DNA from: a virus
Direction: 5' to 3' (one strand)
IMG/VR virus record: IMGVR_UViG_3300002039_000003
Span: 1-18,317 of that record
Length of the DNA: 18,317 nt
The position numbers and the translations under genes were made by a program. Under the pieces are notes generated by a model. The model had not been told where the DNA came from, ran no database searches, and worked only from the letters and a program-made list of their open reading frames with translations. Position 1 is the first letter of the stretch; the number at the start of each line of letters is the position of its first letter. Of this stretch, positions 1 to 6,084 are shown in pieces.

Positions 1-49
1 TAGGTTGCCGTCGTGGAAGGCGTCATCTAGGTTGCCGTCGTGGAAGGCG
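1..49. repeat. Terminal identity with the window end (1..37 = 18281..18317), plus a 27-nt tandem repeat (unit taggttgccgtcgtggaaggcgtcatc; second copy diverges after nt 49)
   Basis: Direct comparison of the first and last lines of the sequence. The repeat encodes FHDGNLDDA units on the minus strand. Confidence 0.9.
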
Positions 50-153
50 GAGGTTTCTGGGCTTCCACATCCTGCTTGGTGGTCCTGGTGTGGCCATGCG
101 CCGCAATCGGGGCATTCAATATCCCATATTGCGGCTTCTTTTGATATACTCAT
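1..153 (-). CDS. N-terminal segment of a DUF3987/YfjI-like P-loop NTPase (putative replication initiator/helicase); the gene continues across the window junction into 17093..18317
   Basis: ATG at 153-151 lies 10 nt downstream of AAGGAG (rc of 164..169). My translation is MSISKEAAIWDIECPDCGAWPHQDHQAGCGSPETSAFHDGNLDDAFHDGNL, with a CxxC...H...C zinc-ribbon-like motif. Merging the 37-nt identical ends gives 153+1225-37 = 1341 nt = 447 codons, exactly in phase. An alternative in-frame ATG at 183-181 has no SD and sits inside a hairpin. Confidence 0.7.
   Translation of the reverse strand, partial: MSISKEAAIWDIECPDCGAWPHQDHQAGCGSPETSAFHDGNLDDAFHDGNL
142..150 (+). promoter_or_regulatory. Candidate extended -10 promoter (TGaTATACT) firing rightwards, antisense to the 5' end of the NTPase gene
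   Basis: TG at 142-143, one spacer nt, then TATACT at 145..150 (5/6 match to TATAAT). I saw no good -35. The predicted start is about 156-158. Confidence 0.3.
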
Positions 154-156
154 TGG

Positions 157-218
157 TATCGCACTCCTTCTAAGTGTGATCATGGCCCCGGACGTTGAAG
201 CGTTGCGGGGCCTTTCTG
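157..218 (+). ncRNA. Hypothetical ~60-nt countertranscript complementary to the 5'UTR/SD of the NTPase (rep-like) mRNA
   Basis: It is bounded by the extended -10 at 142..150 and the GC hairpin plus T-tract at 184..220. It contains CTCCTT (164..169), the complement of the AAGGAG SD. This is inference only. Confidence 0.25.
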
Positions 219-220
219 TT
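184..220 (+). terminator. Intrinsic-terminator-like hairpin (GGCCCCG / CGGGGCC stem, inner ACG/CGT pairing) followed by TTTCTGTT
   Basis: 184..190 pairs perfectly with 206..212 (7 G:C pairs). 192..194 pairs with 201..203. The T-rich tract is 213..220. On the minus strand the same hairpin sits at the 5' end of the predicted NTPase mRNA. Confidence 0.45.
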
Positions 221-225
221 CCCTC

Positions 226-253
226 ACTATAACACGCAACCCAAAACCTGCAA
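226..253 (-). promoter_or_regulatory. Candidate sigma70-type promoter for the leftward NTPase gene: TTGCAG, 16-nt spacer, TGtTATAGT (extended -10)
   Basis: The rc of 248..253 is TTGCAG. The rc of 226..231 is TATAGT, preceded by TGT. The spacer is 16 nt. The predicted start near 219 gives a ~66-nt leader. Confidence 0.45.
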
Positions 254-290
254 CCCACAAAACGCATTGTGGGACGTGGGTCGACCCACA
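253..290. repeat. Left cluster of ACCCAC(A) motifs in both orientations, including two palindromes
   Basis: ACCCACA is at 253..259. Its inverted partner TTGTGGG is at 267..273, giving the hairpin CCCACAA-n6-TTGTGGG. GTGGGTCGACCCAC at 276..289 is a perfect 14-bp palindrome. Confidence 0.8.
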
Positions 291-310
291 ACGGACACGT
301 TTGCGGGTCG

Positions 311-357
311 TTTAAATGAGGGATATTTATAATATAATATAATATAAAAGTAAATAA
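311..357. other. AT-rich core (42 of 47 nt A/T by my count) with overlapping TATAAT boxes every 5 nt; candidate DNA-unwinding element and/or promoter
   Basis: The sequence is tttaaatgagggatatttataatataatataatataaaagtaaataa. TATAAT occurs at 328, 333 and 338, and TATAAA at 343. TTTAAA (311..316) lies 16 nt upstream of the TATAAT at 333, a possible rightward promoter. Confidence 0.5.
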
Positions 358-381
358 CCACATATACCCGAACCGGCCCCT

Positions 382-428
382 GACCCACACGACCCACATG
401 ACCCACAACCCACAACCCACGACCCACA
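382..428. repeat. Right cluster: six head-to-tail (G)ACCCAC(A) units, iteron-like
   Basis: GACCCACA starts at 382, 391, 400 and 421. ACCCACA starts at 408 and ACCCAC at 415. Periods are 9, 9, 8, 7 and 6 nt. On the minus strand this reads as six GGG runs separated by 4-6 nt. Confidence 0.85.
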
Positions 429-539
429 CCGCATAAAGAGCAAAACTGTACCCAGGCGGCTTGCAAGCATAGGCCCGCACTGGGTGTACCACATCCACCA
501 TACACCCCCCCCACAGGAGGGGGGAGATAGGCCCCCACC

Positions 540-806
540 ATGTCAAGAAGCTGGAAACAAGGCAGCACCCCACAATGGCGCAAACTCAGACAACACATAC
601 TCCAACGAGACAACTACCAATGCCAAGCACAACTACCAGGCTGCACACACATAGCCACCCAAGTACACCACACCAAAGGCAAAGCAATCACAGGCGACAA
701 CCCCAACTACTTGACAGCCATATGCAAGGGGTGTAACCTCTCCATAGGTGATCCTACAAGGAGGAAACATGATCCAAAGTGCCAGCCAACAACCGACTGG
801 GGATAA
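540..806 (+). CDS. HNH endonuclease (small, phage packaging-associated type)
   Basis: The 88-aa translation has the typical pattern W..LR..IL.RD.Y.C..C......A..VHH...........NL...C..CN. GGAG lies at 523..526 upstream. Confidence 0.8.
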   Translation: MSRSWKQGSTPQWRKLRQHILQRDNYQCQAQLPGCTHIATQVHHTKGKAITGDNPNYLTAICKGCNLSIGDPTRRKHDPKCQPTTDWG

Positions 807-1308
807 CAAGCAATGCAGCGTACAAGGCTGCACAGCACTAAACCCCAAACGCCTCAAAAGAGGTATGTGCCCAGGGCACTATCACAGATGGTACAGAACC
901 GGCAACACTGGAAGCCCTACCATAAAACCACTAAACCACAACAAGCCACGCAACCATGGATGCAAAGCCACTGACTGCGATTCAACACACTACGCTAAAG
1001 GCTACTGCACAAGACACTACACCCAAGCCCATAAATGGGGAGTAGTAGACCAACCAGACCGACGACTCTCAGGCCACAACATAACCTACACAGGCATGCA
1101 CAAGCGCATCAAAGATAAGAGAGGCAAAGCATCACAACACCAATGCATCAACTGTGACAACCAAGCCAACGAATGGGCATACAACCACCAAGACCCAAAC
1201 CAACTAACAGAAACCAGAGGCGGAAAGACTAAGCCATACTCACCCGATCACAGCTTTTACGACCCAATGTGTAAACGATGTCACACCAAGAGAGACCGGG
1301 GCATCTAG
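769..1308 (+). CDS. Second HNH-family endonuclease with two Cx3-4C...GxCxxHY modules
   Basis: ATG 769 follows AGGAGG (759..764); the ORF track's alternative start is GTG 748. Motifs are CSVQGC...GMCPGHYHRWYRTG and CKATDC...GYCTRHYTQAHKWG, then a C-terminal ...CINCDN...YNHQDP...SPDH...CKRCHTKRD HNH-like core. It overlaps the upstream HNH gene by 38 nt. Confidence 0.65.
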   Translation: MIQSASQQPTGDNKQCSVQGCTALNPKRLKRGMCPGHYHRWYRTGNTGSPTIKPLNHNKPRNHGCKATDCDSTHYAKGYCTRHYTQAHKWGVVDQPDRRLSGHNITYTGMHKRIKDKRGKASQHQCINCDNQANEWAYNHQDPNQLTETRGGKTKPYSPDHSFYDPMCKRCHTKRDRGI

Positions 1309-1415
1309 AAGTTCAAGCCAACCCCCCTATCTACACCCGCCGTTTGAGGAAATTTTTTGTGTCAACATCCTGGGGGTTTGACAGCCTACTGGCCCCTCAC
1401 ACGGGCGTGCAGCCC

Positions 1416-2912
1416 TTACAGGACTGTCAGCTTAGGTTTGGGTGCTGGCCTTGTCTGAGACAGATGCACGGCACCAGCGGCAGCGTAGGCGGCGTTGACA
1501 GGAGACTCACCCTTGCGAGTGAACACCCAAGCGTCACCAGCGACCTTTCGTTGAGCTAACGTTACGTGCCTCTGGAGTAGCGGGTCGCCGTTATGAGCGA
1601 CAGCCTTGTCCGTGACCATCTCTGCTAGCCCCATACAGACCGCTGGAAGCTCTGCATGGATCTCGACCAGCTCACACCCTCTAGGCTCCCACCCCTTCGA
1701 CAGTGTCGATGCTATGCCCGCTGCTGGGCCTTTAGGGTACCATCCGAACCGTTGCGGTCTGATCTTCGTTATCAGTGCGGGCAGCTCTCTCTTGGCTCGT
1801 GAAACGCAGCCGTAGTCATCCCACTCCTTGACGACCTCAATGTGGGTGGCCTCTCCGACTTCGACAGCTGCTACCAGTACAGCGTGGTCAGCCTTCCACG
1901 ACACGTCAAAACATAGACTCACGGTGGCCCGGTGCTTGGCCATGTCTACCGGGTCGTCGCTGGCGCACAGCTTCCACGCTGCCTCGTCGATCGCTGCGTC
2001 AAACATCGCCACTTTCTGGCATAACACTTCGGTGCGGAACGTCGCTAGTTCTTCGCCACCGGCCCGTATGGCCCGTTTAGCGTTGCCCATGATGGTGTCG
2101 ATGGTTATGCGGTCTCCTAGGTTCGGGTTGGCTGCTGCTATGGCTTCGGGGTCGTCTGGCTGTGCGCCGTCGACCGATGACCATTCGAATAGTCCTAGGC
2201 GTTCGTCGCCCTTTGATGGGTCCTCTATCTGCTCTAACGCCGAGTCTCGTAAGGAGTTCAGCACTACCGATTCGTCGTCGCCTTGGTTGCTGATGGCTAG
2301 TACCTGCCCCTGGCTGACGGCTTGCATGGCGTTGGTGGCCGCTCCCCAAGTGTCCCAGTTCTTGTGTTCCCGGATCTCGTCGATCAGGAGTCTATGTACG
2401 GTTAGTGACCGGCCTGCTTTGCCGCCGTTTGCTGCGAACTTGTATTCAGAGTCACCGACGTACAGTGATTCCTCACCGATGGTTAGCCGTGCCTTAACGT
2501 CTATGTGGGGGTTGTCTTCGAGTTCTTCTTTGACTTGGTTCCACGTAACCTTGGCGTACGACCGGTTCGTGCCTGTCGCTAGGATCATTCTCTGCTGTTC
2601 TACTGCCATCCAGTACATGATGAAGATCTTGGCTAGTAGTGTCTTGCCGTTTTGTCGTGCTACGAGGATCATGATCACTCGGAACCGTGGGCGTCCGTCT
2701 TCGAGTAGTTCCCCTGCGTGGATCGCTACCCATTTCTGCCACGGATCTAAGGTGACGCCTAACACTTTGTCTGCGAACTCGATTACGTCGTAGCCGTAAG
2801 AAGTGTCCTCTGTCAGCTCTCTTAGTGGCTTTGTCCAAATCCTAGGCTTTACTGACCCTAGCGTTGCGTTTGGCTTTGAGTTCGTCGAGGGGGTTTGCTT
2901 TGGGTTGTTCAT
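1416..2912 (-). CDS. terL: Terminase large subunit (Terminase_1-like)
   Basis: 498 aa. Walker A-like VARQNGKT, Walker B-like HRLLIDEI, and a nuclease-half layout typical of TerL. It sits directly downstream of a terS-like gene. Confidence 0.9.
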   Translation of the reverse strand: MNNPKQTPSTNSKPNATLGSVKPRIWTKPLRELTEDTSYGYDVIEFADKVLGVTLDPWQKWVAIHAGELLEDGRPRFRVIMILVARQNGKTLLAKIFIMYWMAVEQQRMILATGTNRSYAKVTWNQVKEELEDNPHIDVKARLTIGEESLYVGDSEYKFAANGGKAGRSLTVHRLLIDEIREHKNWDTWGAATNAMQAVSQGQVLAISNQGDDESVVLNSLRDSALEQIEDPSKGDERLGLFEWSSVDGAQPDDPEAIAAANPNLGDRITIDTIMGNAKRAIRAGGEELATFRTEVLCQKVAMFDAAIDEAAWKLCASDDPVDMAKHRATVSLCFDVSWKADHAVLVAAVEVGEATHIEVVKEWDDYGCVSRAKRELPALITKIRPQRFGWYPKGPAAGIASTLSKGWEPRGCELVEIHAELPAVCMGLAEMVTDKAVAHNGDPLLQRHVTLAQRKVAGDAWVFTRKGESPVNAAYAAAGAVHLSQTRPAPKPKLTVL

Positions 2913-3114
2913 CAGTGGTCGCCTTGTTTCTGGACTTGGGTGTCATTTGGAGTTCTATCAACACTGCAAGCATACGGGAAGAAACCCGGTCAATGTCACC
3001 CTCACCTTCGTCGATCGCCTTAGCGAGCTTCTTACCCAGGGCGATAGCTGCCCCATCGACCTGTTCGGTGTCCTTACCCTTGAGTGCCTTGTTAAATTCT
3101 CTCAGTAGTGTCAT
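2842..3114 (-). CDS. terS: Terminase small subunit (P27-family-like)
   Basis: 90 aa, positioned immediately upstream of terL. It has an ...LIELQMTPKSRNKA... motif (the 'L(G)LTPxSR' signature of P27-type small terminases) and a basic C-terminal tail DELKAKRNARVSKA. It overlaps the terL start by 71 nt. Confidence 0.55.
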   Translation of the reverse strand: MTLLREFNKALKGKDTEQVDGAAIALGKKLAKAIDEGEGDIDRVSSRMLAVLIELQMTPKSRNKATTDEQPKANPLDELKAKRNARVSKA

Positions 3115-3119
3115 ACTTC

Positions 3120-3125
3120 ATTATA
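3120..3125 (-). promoter_or_regulatory. Perfect TATAAT -10 box on the minus strand, 5 nt upstream of the terS ATG (possible leaderless transcript)
   Basis: The rc of attata (3120..3125) is TATAAT. The terS ATG is at 3114-3112. No SD is possible in a 5-nt gap, and I found no convincing -35. Confidence 0.3.
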
Positions 3126-3142
3126 CGATACAGTAGGCAACT

Positions 3143-4342
3143 ATGATCTGGCCCTTCAAGAAACAGCAGAACCGGTCCATGGAGCTATCGATCTCCGACC
3201 CTAACCTAATGAGCAGGTTGTATCCCGCTGGTGCGGGGAACTACTCTGGGGTCGAAGTTACTGAGGGGACAGCGCTCGGCCTTTCCACTGTCTGGCGAGC
3301 CTGCTCCCTCATCGCTCAAACGATAGCGTCATGCGAGGTTGACGCTGTCCGCAAAATGCAGGACGGCACTTTAGACAAGGTTGATTCCTGGATCGACAAC
3401 CCTGGTGCCTCTATGGGTGTCACGGCGTTCGAGTTCTGGGAGACGACGATGATGCATCTTCTCCTTCACGGCAACGCCTACTTGGTGCACATCTACAACG
3501 GTGCCGGTCAGATCATCGGTCTACTTCCGGTTCACCCAGCAGCGGTAGGACTCGAAGTCAGGAACCGTGACAAGCAGTTCCGCATCACCGTTGACGACGG
3601 GTCTAGTAAGGTTTACACTCCTGAAACGTTGACGCATATCCCGGCGATGTCCCTGGACGGTATCCGTGGTATATCACCACTGTCCGCCGCTAGAACGTCT
3701 TTGGGCGTGTCGATAGCTGGCGAACGTACGGCAGCTAAGATGTTTTCCTCTGGAGCTATGATTTCCGGTATGGTCACGCCAGAAGAGGACGTGTCCCCGG
3801 AAGAAGCTGCCGAGATCCGTGAGGTCATCGACACACGCCTGACTGGCGTGGAAAACGCAGGGGATATAGCAATCATCAACCGCAAACTCAAGTTCACTCC
3901 GTGGACTATGACTTCTGCCGACGCACAGTTCTTAGAGTCCCGCCATTTCCAAGTTGAAGAGGTTGCCCGATGGTTCGGTGTCCCGCCTCACCTGCTTATG
4001 CAGACCGACAAGCAGACTTCGTGGGGGTCGGGGGTGGCTGAGCAGAACCGTGGCCTTTCCCGTACGGTGTTGGGCCCTTGGGTTCGCCGCCTGCAAGACA
4101 GGGTTAGCGAGCTGCTGCCCCGTGGCCAAACCTTGGTGTTCGACTTCGCTAGTCTCGAGCGACCCAACCCGGAACAAGAAGTTGAGCTGCTGATTAAACA
4201 GATCCAGGGCGGCATGATAACAGCTAACGATGCTCGCAGGGTACGCAACTTGCCACCCGCCCCAGGTGGGGACGTATTGTACACGCCTGCCGGTTCGGGC
4301 GGCTCTGATGTAGGGAAAGAAAGAGACGATGGACAGGTTTGA
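3143..4342 (+). CDS. Portal protein (HK97-family)
   Basis: 399 aa. It sits immediately upstream of the prohead protease and capsid genes. Typical Phage_portal pattern (...FWETTMMHLLLHGNAYL..., ...ARWFGVPPHLL...). Confidence 0.9.
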   Translation: MIWPFKKQQNRSMELSISDPNLMSRLYPAGAGNYSGVEVTEGTALGLSTVWRACSLIAQTIASCEVDAVRKMQDGTLDKVDSWIDNPGASMGVTAFEFWETTMMHLLLHGNAYLVHIYNGAGQIIGLLPVHPAAVGLEVRNRDKQFRITVDDGSSKVYTPETLTHIPAMSLDGIRGISPLSAARTSLGVSIAGERTAAKMFSSGAMISGMVTPEEDVSPEEAAEIREVIDTRLTGVENAGDIAIINRKLKFTPWTMTSADAQFLESRHFQVEEVARWFGVPPHLLMQTDKQTSWGSGVAEQNRGLSRTVLGPWVRRLQDRVSELLPRGQTLVFDFASLERPNPEQEVELLIKQIQGGMITANDARRVRNLPPAPGGDVLYTPAGSGGSDVGKERDDGQV

Positions 4343-4877
4343 AGTAGAGTTTCGGGCGAAGGTGGACGGTAACCGACTAACTGGTCACGCCTCCGTTTTC
4401 GGTCAAGAGACCCGTGTGCCGGGCAATTACGAGATGATCCAGAGGGGCGCATTCGATAAAGTGTTGGAAGATTCCGGCACTGATGTGCGGGCGTTGATCA
4501 ACCATGATCCCAACCTGCTGCTAGGTCGGCAGTCCTCAGGTACTTTGCGGCTCAACGTCGACAAGCGTGGCCTTGAGTTCGAAGTCGACCTGCCTGACAC
4601 TAGCTATGCACAAGATTTGCGTGAGCTGGCTAAGCGTGGGGACTTGTCGGGCGCTTCGTTCGGGTTTATTCCCAACGAAGACCGATGGGAGAAGCGATCA
4701 GACGGTACCCGGCTCAGGACCCACACGTCGGTAGGGGCACTCATAGACGTGTCGGTCGTAACATTCCCCGCATACGAGGGTGCATCTGCTCAAGTAAGAT
4801 CGGATGAGCGGCCAGACTTTGCTAAGCTTAACCGTAAGAAGTTGGTTCGTGCTCGGGCTAACGTCCATCTAAGATAA
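4329..4877 (+). CDS. Prohead maturation protease (HK97 / S78 family)
   Basis: 182 aa. Motifs: GHASVFG...E.I..GAF, NHD...LLGR, SGASFGF. It lies between portal and capsid and overlaps the portal stop by 14 nt. Confidence 0.9.
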   Translation: MDRFEVEFRAKVDGNRLTGHASVFGQETRVPGNYEMIQRGAFDKVLEDSGTDVRALINHDPNLLLGRQSSGTLRLNVDKRGLEFEVDLPDTSYAQDLRELAKRGDLSGASFGFIPNEDRWEKRSDGTRLRTHTSVGALIDVSVVTFPAYEGASAQVRSDERPDFAKLNRKKLVRARANVHLR

Positions 4878-4891
4878 GGAAAATAACAAGC

Positions 4892-6082
4892 ATGTCACTA
4901 GACGAACTTATGAATGCACTGAAGGAAGTACTTTCAGTCGCTGACGAAGAAGAGCGTGAACTTACTGATGAAGAGGTTGAGCGCTACGAAGAATTAGAGG
5001 GAAAGATCGAATCGGTCAAAAAGACTGAGGAGATTCGTTCTCGGCAGAAGGCGTACGACACACCTATCCGGCCTGACGTTGGCCTCAACGTGGGCACGAC
5101 AAAGAACGACGACACCCTTGAACGTGCGTTCGAAGCGTACGTACGTACCGGCACAGAGAACCAGGACTTGCAGGAGCTTCGTGCCCAACAGGTCGGCGTT
5201 GATCCTGCCGGTGGCTTTACCGCCCCTGACGGTTTCCGTAATAAGCTGATTGACCGTATCGTACAGTTCGGCGGTTTGGCTTCGGTTGTTCAGACCGAAA
5301 CTACCAGCGATGGTAACCCACTCCCGTGGCAGGCTATGGACGACTCGGCTAACTCTGGTGAGATCGTAGCGGAAGGCGCTACGTTCACTACCGGCGCTGA
5401 CCTGTCGTTCACCAATAAAACCCTTGGCGCTTACAGCTACATGGCAGGTGGCGACTCCGCAAACCCGTTGCGAGTTTCTAAGGAACTGTTGCAAGACTCG
5501 GCTTACGATATCGCTGGTCTCGTTTCCCGTAAGTTGGGTGAACGCATCGGGCGTATTCAAGCGACTCATATCGCTACAGGTACCGGCACTAACGAGCCTC
5601 AAGGTATCACGACTGGTTTGACTGGTGTCGAGCTGGCCGATGCGGGCGATGGTATCACTCACGATGACTTGGTGTCGTTCATCCACTCTGTAGACCCTGG
5701 TTACCGCATGGGTGCTCGTTGGGCTTTCAACGACAACACGTTGCAGGCTGTACGCAAGATGCGTGACGCTGCTGGTGATCCGTTGTGGCGTAACGACGCT
5801 GCTGATATGGCTACCAGTAACGGTGGTGGTACCCTCATGGGGTACCCGGTCACGATCGATCAGGGCCTCCCTGATTTGGTCGCTGGTGACGCTACCGTCA
5901 ACTGGGGTGTGTTCGGTCAACTAGCTGAGGGTTACGTCATCCGACGTGTCCGAAGTATAGAGATCGTCGCTAACCCTTGGGCACGTTCCTCTCATCGAGA
6001 GATCGAGTATACCGCCTGGGCACGGATGGACGCTATGCAGCAGAACGTCAACGCCTACAAGGCGCTAACTGGAGCTGCGTAA
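4892..6082 (+). CDS. Major capsid protein (HK97 fold) with an N-terminal coiled-coil delta/scaffold domain
   Basis: 396 aa. The N-terminus is acidic and coiled-coil (LSVADEEERELTDEEVERYEELEGKIE). It is followed by a ...GGFTAPDGF... Phage_capsid-type body. AAGGA SD upstream. Confidence 0.9.
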   Translation: MSLDELMNALKEVLSVADEEERELTDEEVERYEELEGKIESVKKTEEIRSRQKAYDTPIRPDVGLNVGTTKNDDTLERAFEAYVRTGTENQDLQELRAQQVGVDPAGGFTAPDGFRNKLIDRIVQFGGLASVVQTETTSDGNPLPWQAMDDSANSGEIVAEGATFTTGADLSFTNKTLGAYSYMAGGDSANPLRVSKELLQDSAYDIAGLVSRKLGERIGRIQATHIATGTGTNEPQGITTGLTGVELADAGDGITHDDLVSFIHSVDPGYRMGARWAFNDNTLQAVRKMRDAAGDPLWRNDAADMATSNGGGTLMGYPVTIDQGLPDLVAGDATVNWGVFGQLAEGYVIRRVRSIEIVANPWARSSHREIEYTAWARMDAMQQNVNAYKALTGAA

Positions 6083-6084
6083 GC

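Noticed and set aside
5-232. 75-aa plus-strand ORF antisense to the NTPase N-terminus
   Set aside because: The repeat-derived sequence (PSWKASSRLPSWKA) is simply the antisense reading of the 27-nt repeat. It has no SD, and the opposite strand has a far better-supported gene. The interval is considered instead for a short non-coding antisense RNA.
382-428. Short-period repeats as a possible CRISPR array
   Set aside because: The units are 6-9 nt and directly abutting, with no spacers. There are no cas genes. The scale is wrong for CRISPR.
154-540. The NTPase reading frame stays open for several hundred nt upstream of ATG 153, with in-frame ATGs at 183, 267, 363, 399 and 501
   Set aside because: This is the same T-poor composition artefact. 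The extension would translate the hairpin, iterons and AT-rich core into nonsense. Only ATG 153 has a proper AAGGAG SD.
227-613. 128-aa minus-strand ORF covering the repeat/AT-rich region and the start of the HNH gene
   Set aside because: The translation is low-complexity (G/V/C/W-rich) and is produced by the ACCCAC repeats. The minus strand here has very few A residues, so stop codons are rare in all frames. No SD is present, and the ORF overlaps a well-supported HNH gene.
1309-1415. Convergent intergenic region between HNH-2 and terL as a terminator or cos site (T6 run at about 1354..1359, AACCCCC...GGGGGTT long-range complement)
   Set aside because: I could not find a compact stem-loop adjacent to the T-run. 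The complementary 7-mers are about 45 nt apart. Nothing in the sequence alone identifies a cos site; this needs terminus mapping.
1828-2793. 321-aa plus-strand ORF, and others such as 4994..5920(-), 3988..4452(-), 7554..7937(-), 11139..11540(-), 13689..14150(+)
   Set aside because: All lie antisense to or out of frame within genes that have strong family signatures (terL, capsid, portal, tape measure, tail tip). Their translations are Ser/Arg/Pro-rich low-complexity sequence typical of shadow ORFs.
3089-3117. TTGTTA-17-CATACT as the portal promoter
   Set aside because: The match is plausible by spacing but weak. It lies wholly within terS coding sequence and competes with TAnnnT boxes nearer the portal ATG. 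It is not strong enough to list as a feature without start-site data.
1381-3138. 8-bp inverted match (GCCTACTG at about 1384..1391 versus CAGTAGGC at 3131..3138) flanking the inverted terminase module, as possible invertase/recombination sites
   Set aside because: Only 8 bp match and nothing extends on either side. No recombinase gene is present. A chance match of this length between two ~100-nt and ~30-nt intervals is not very unlikely. It would be worth rechecking only if reads show both orientations.
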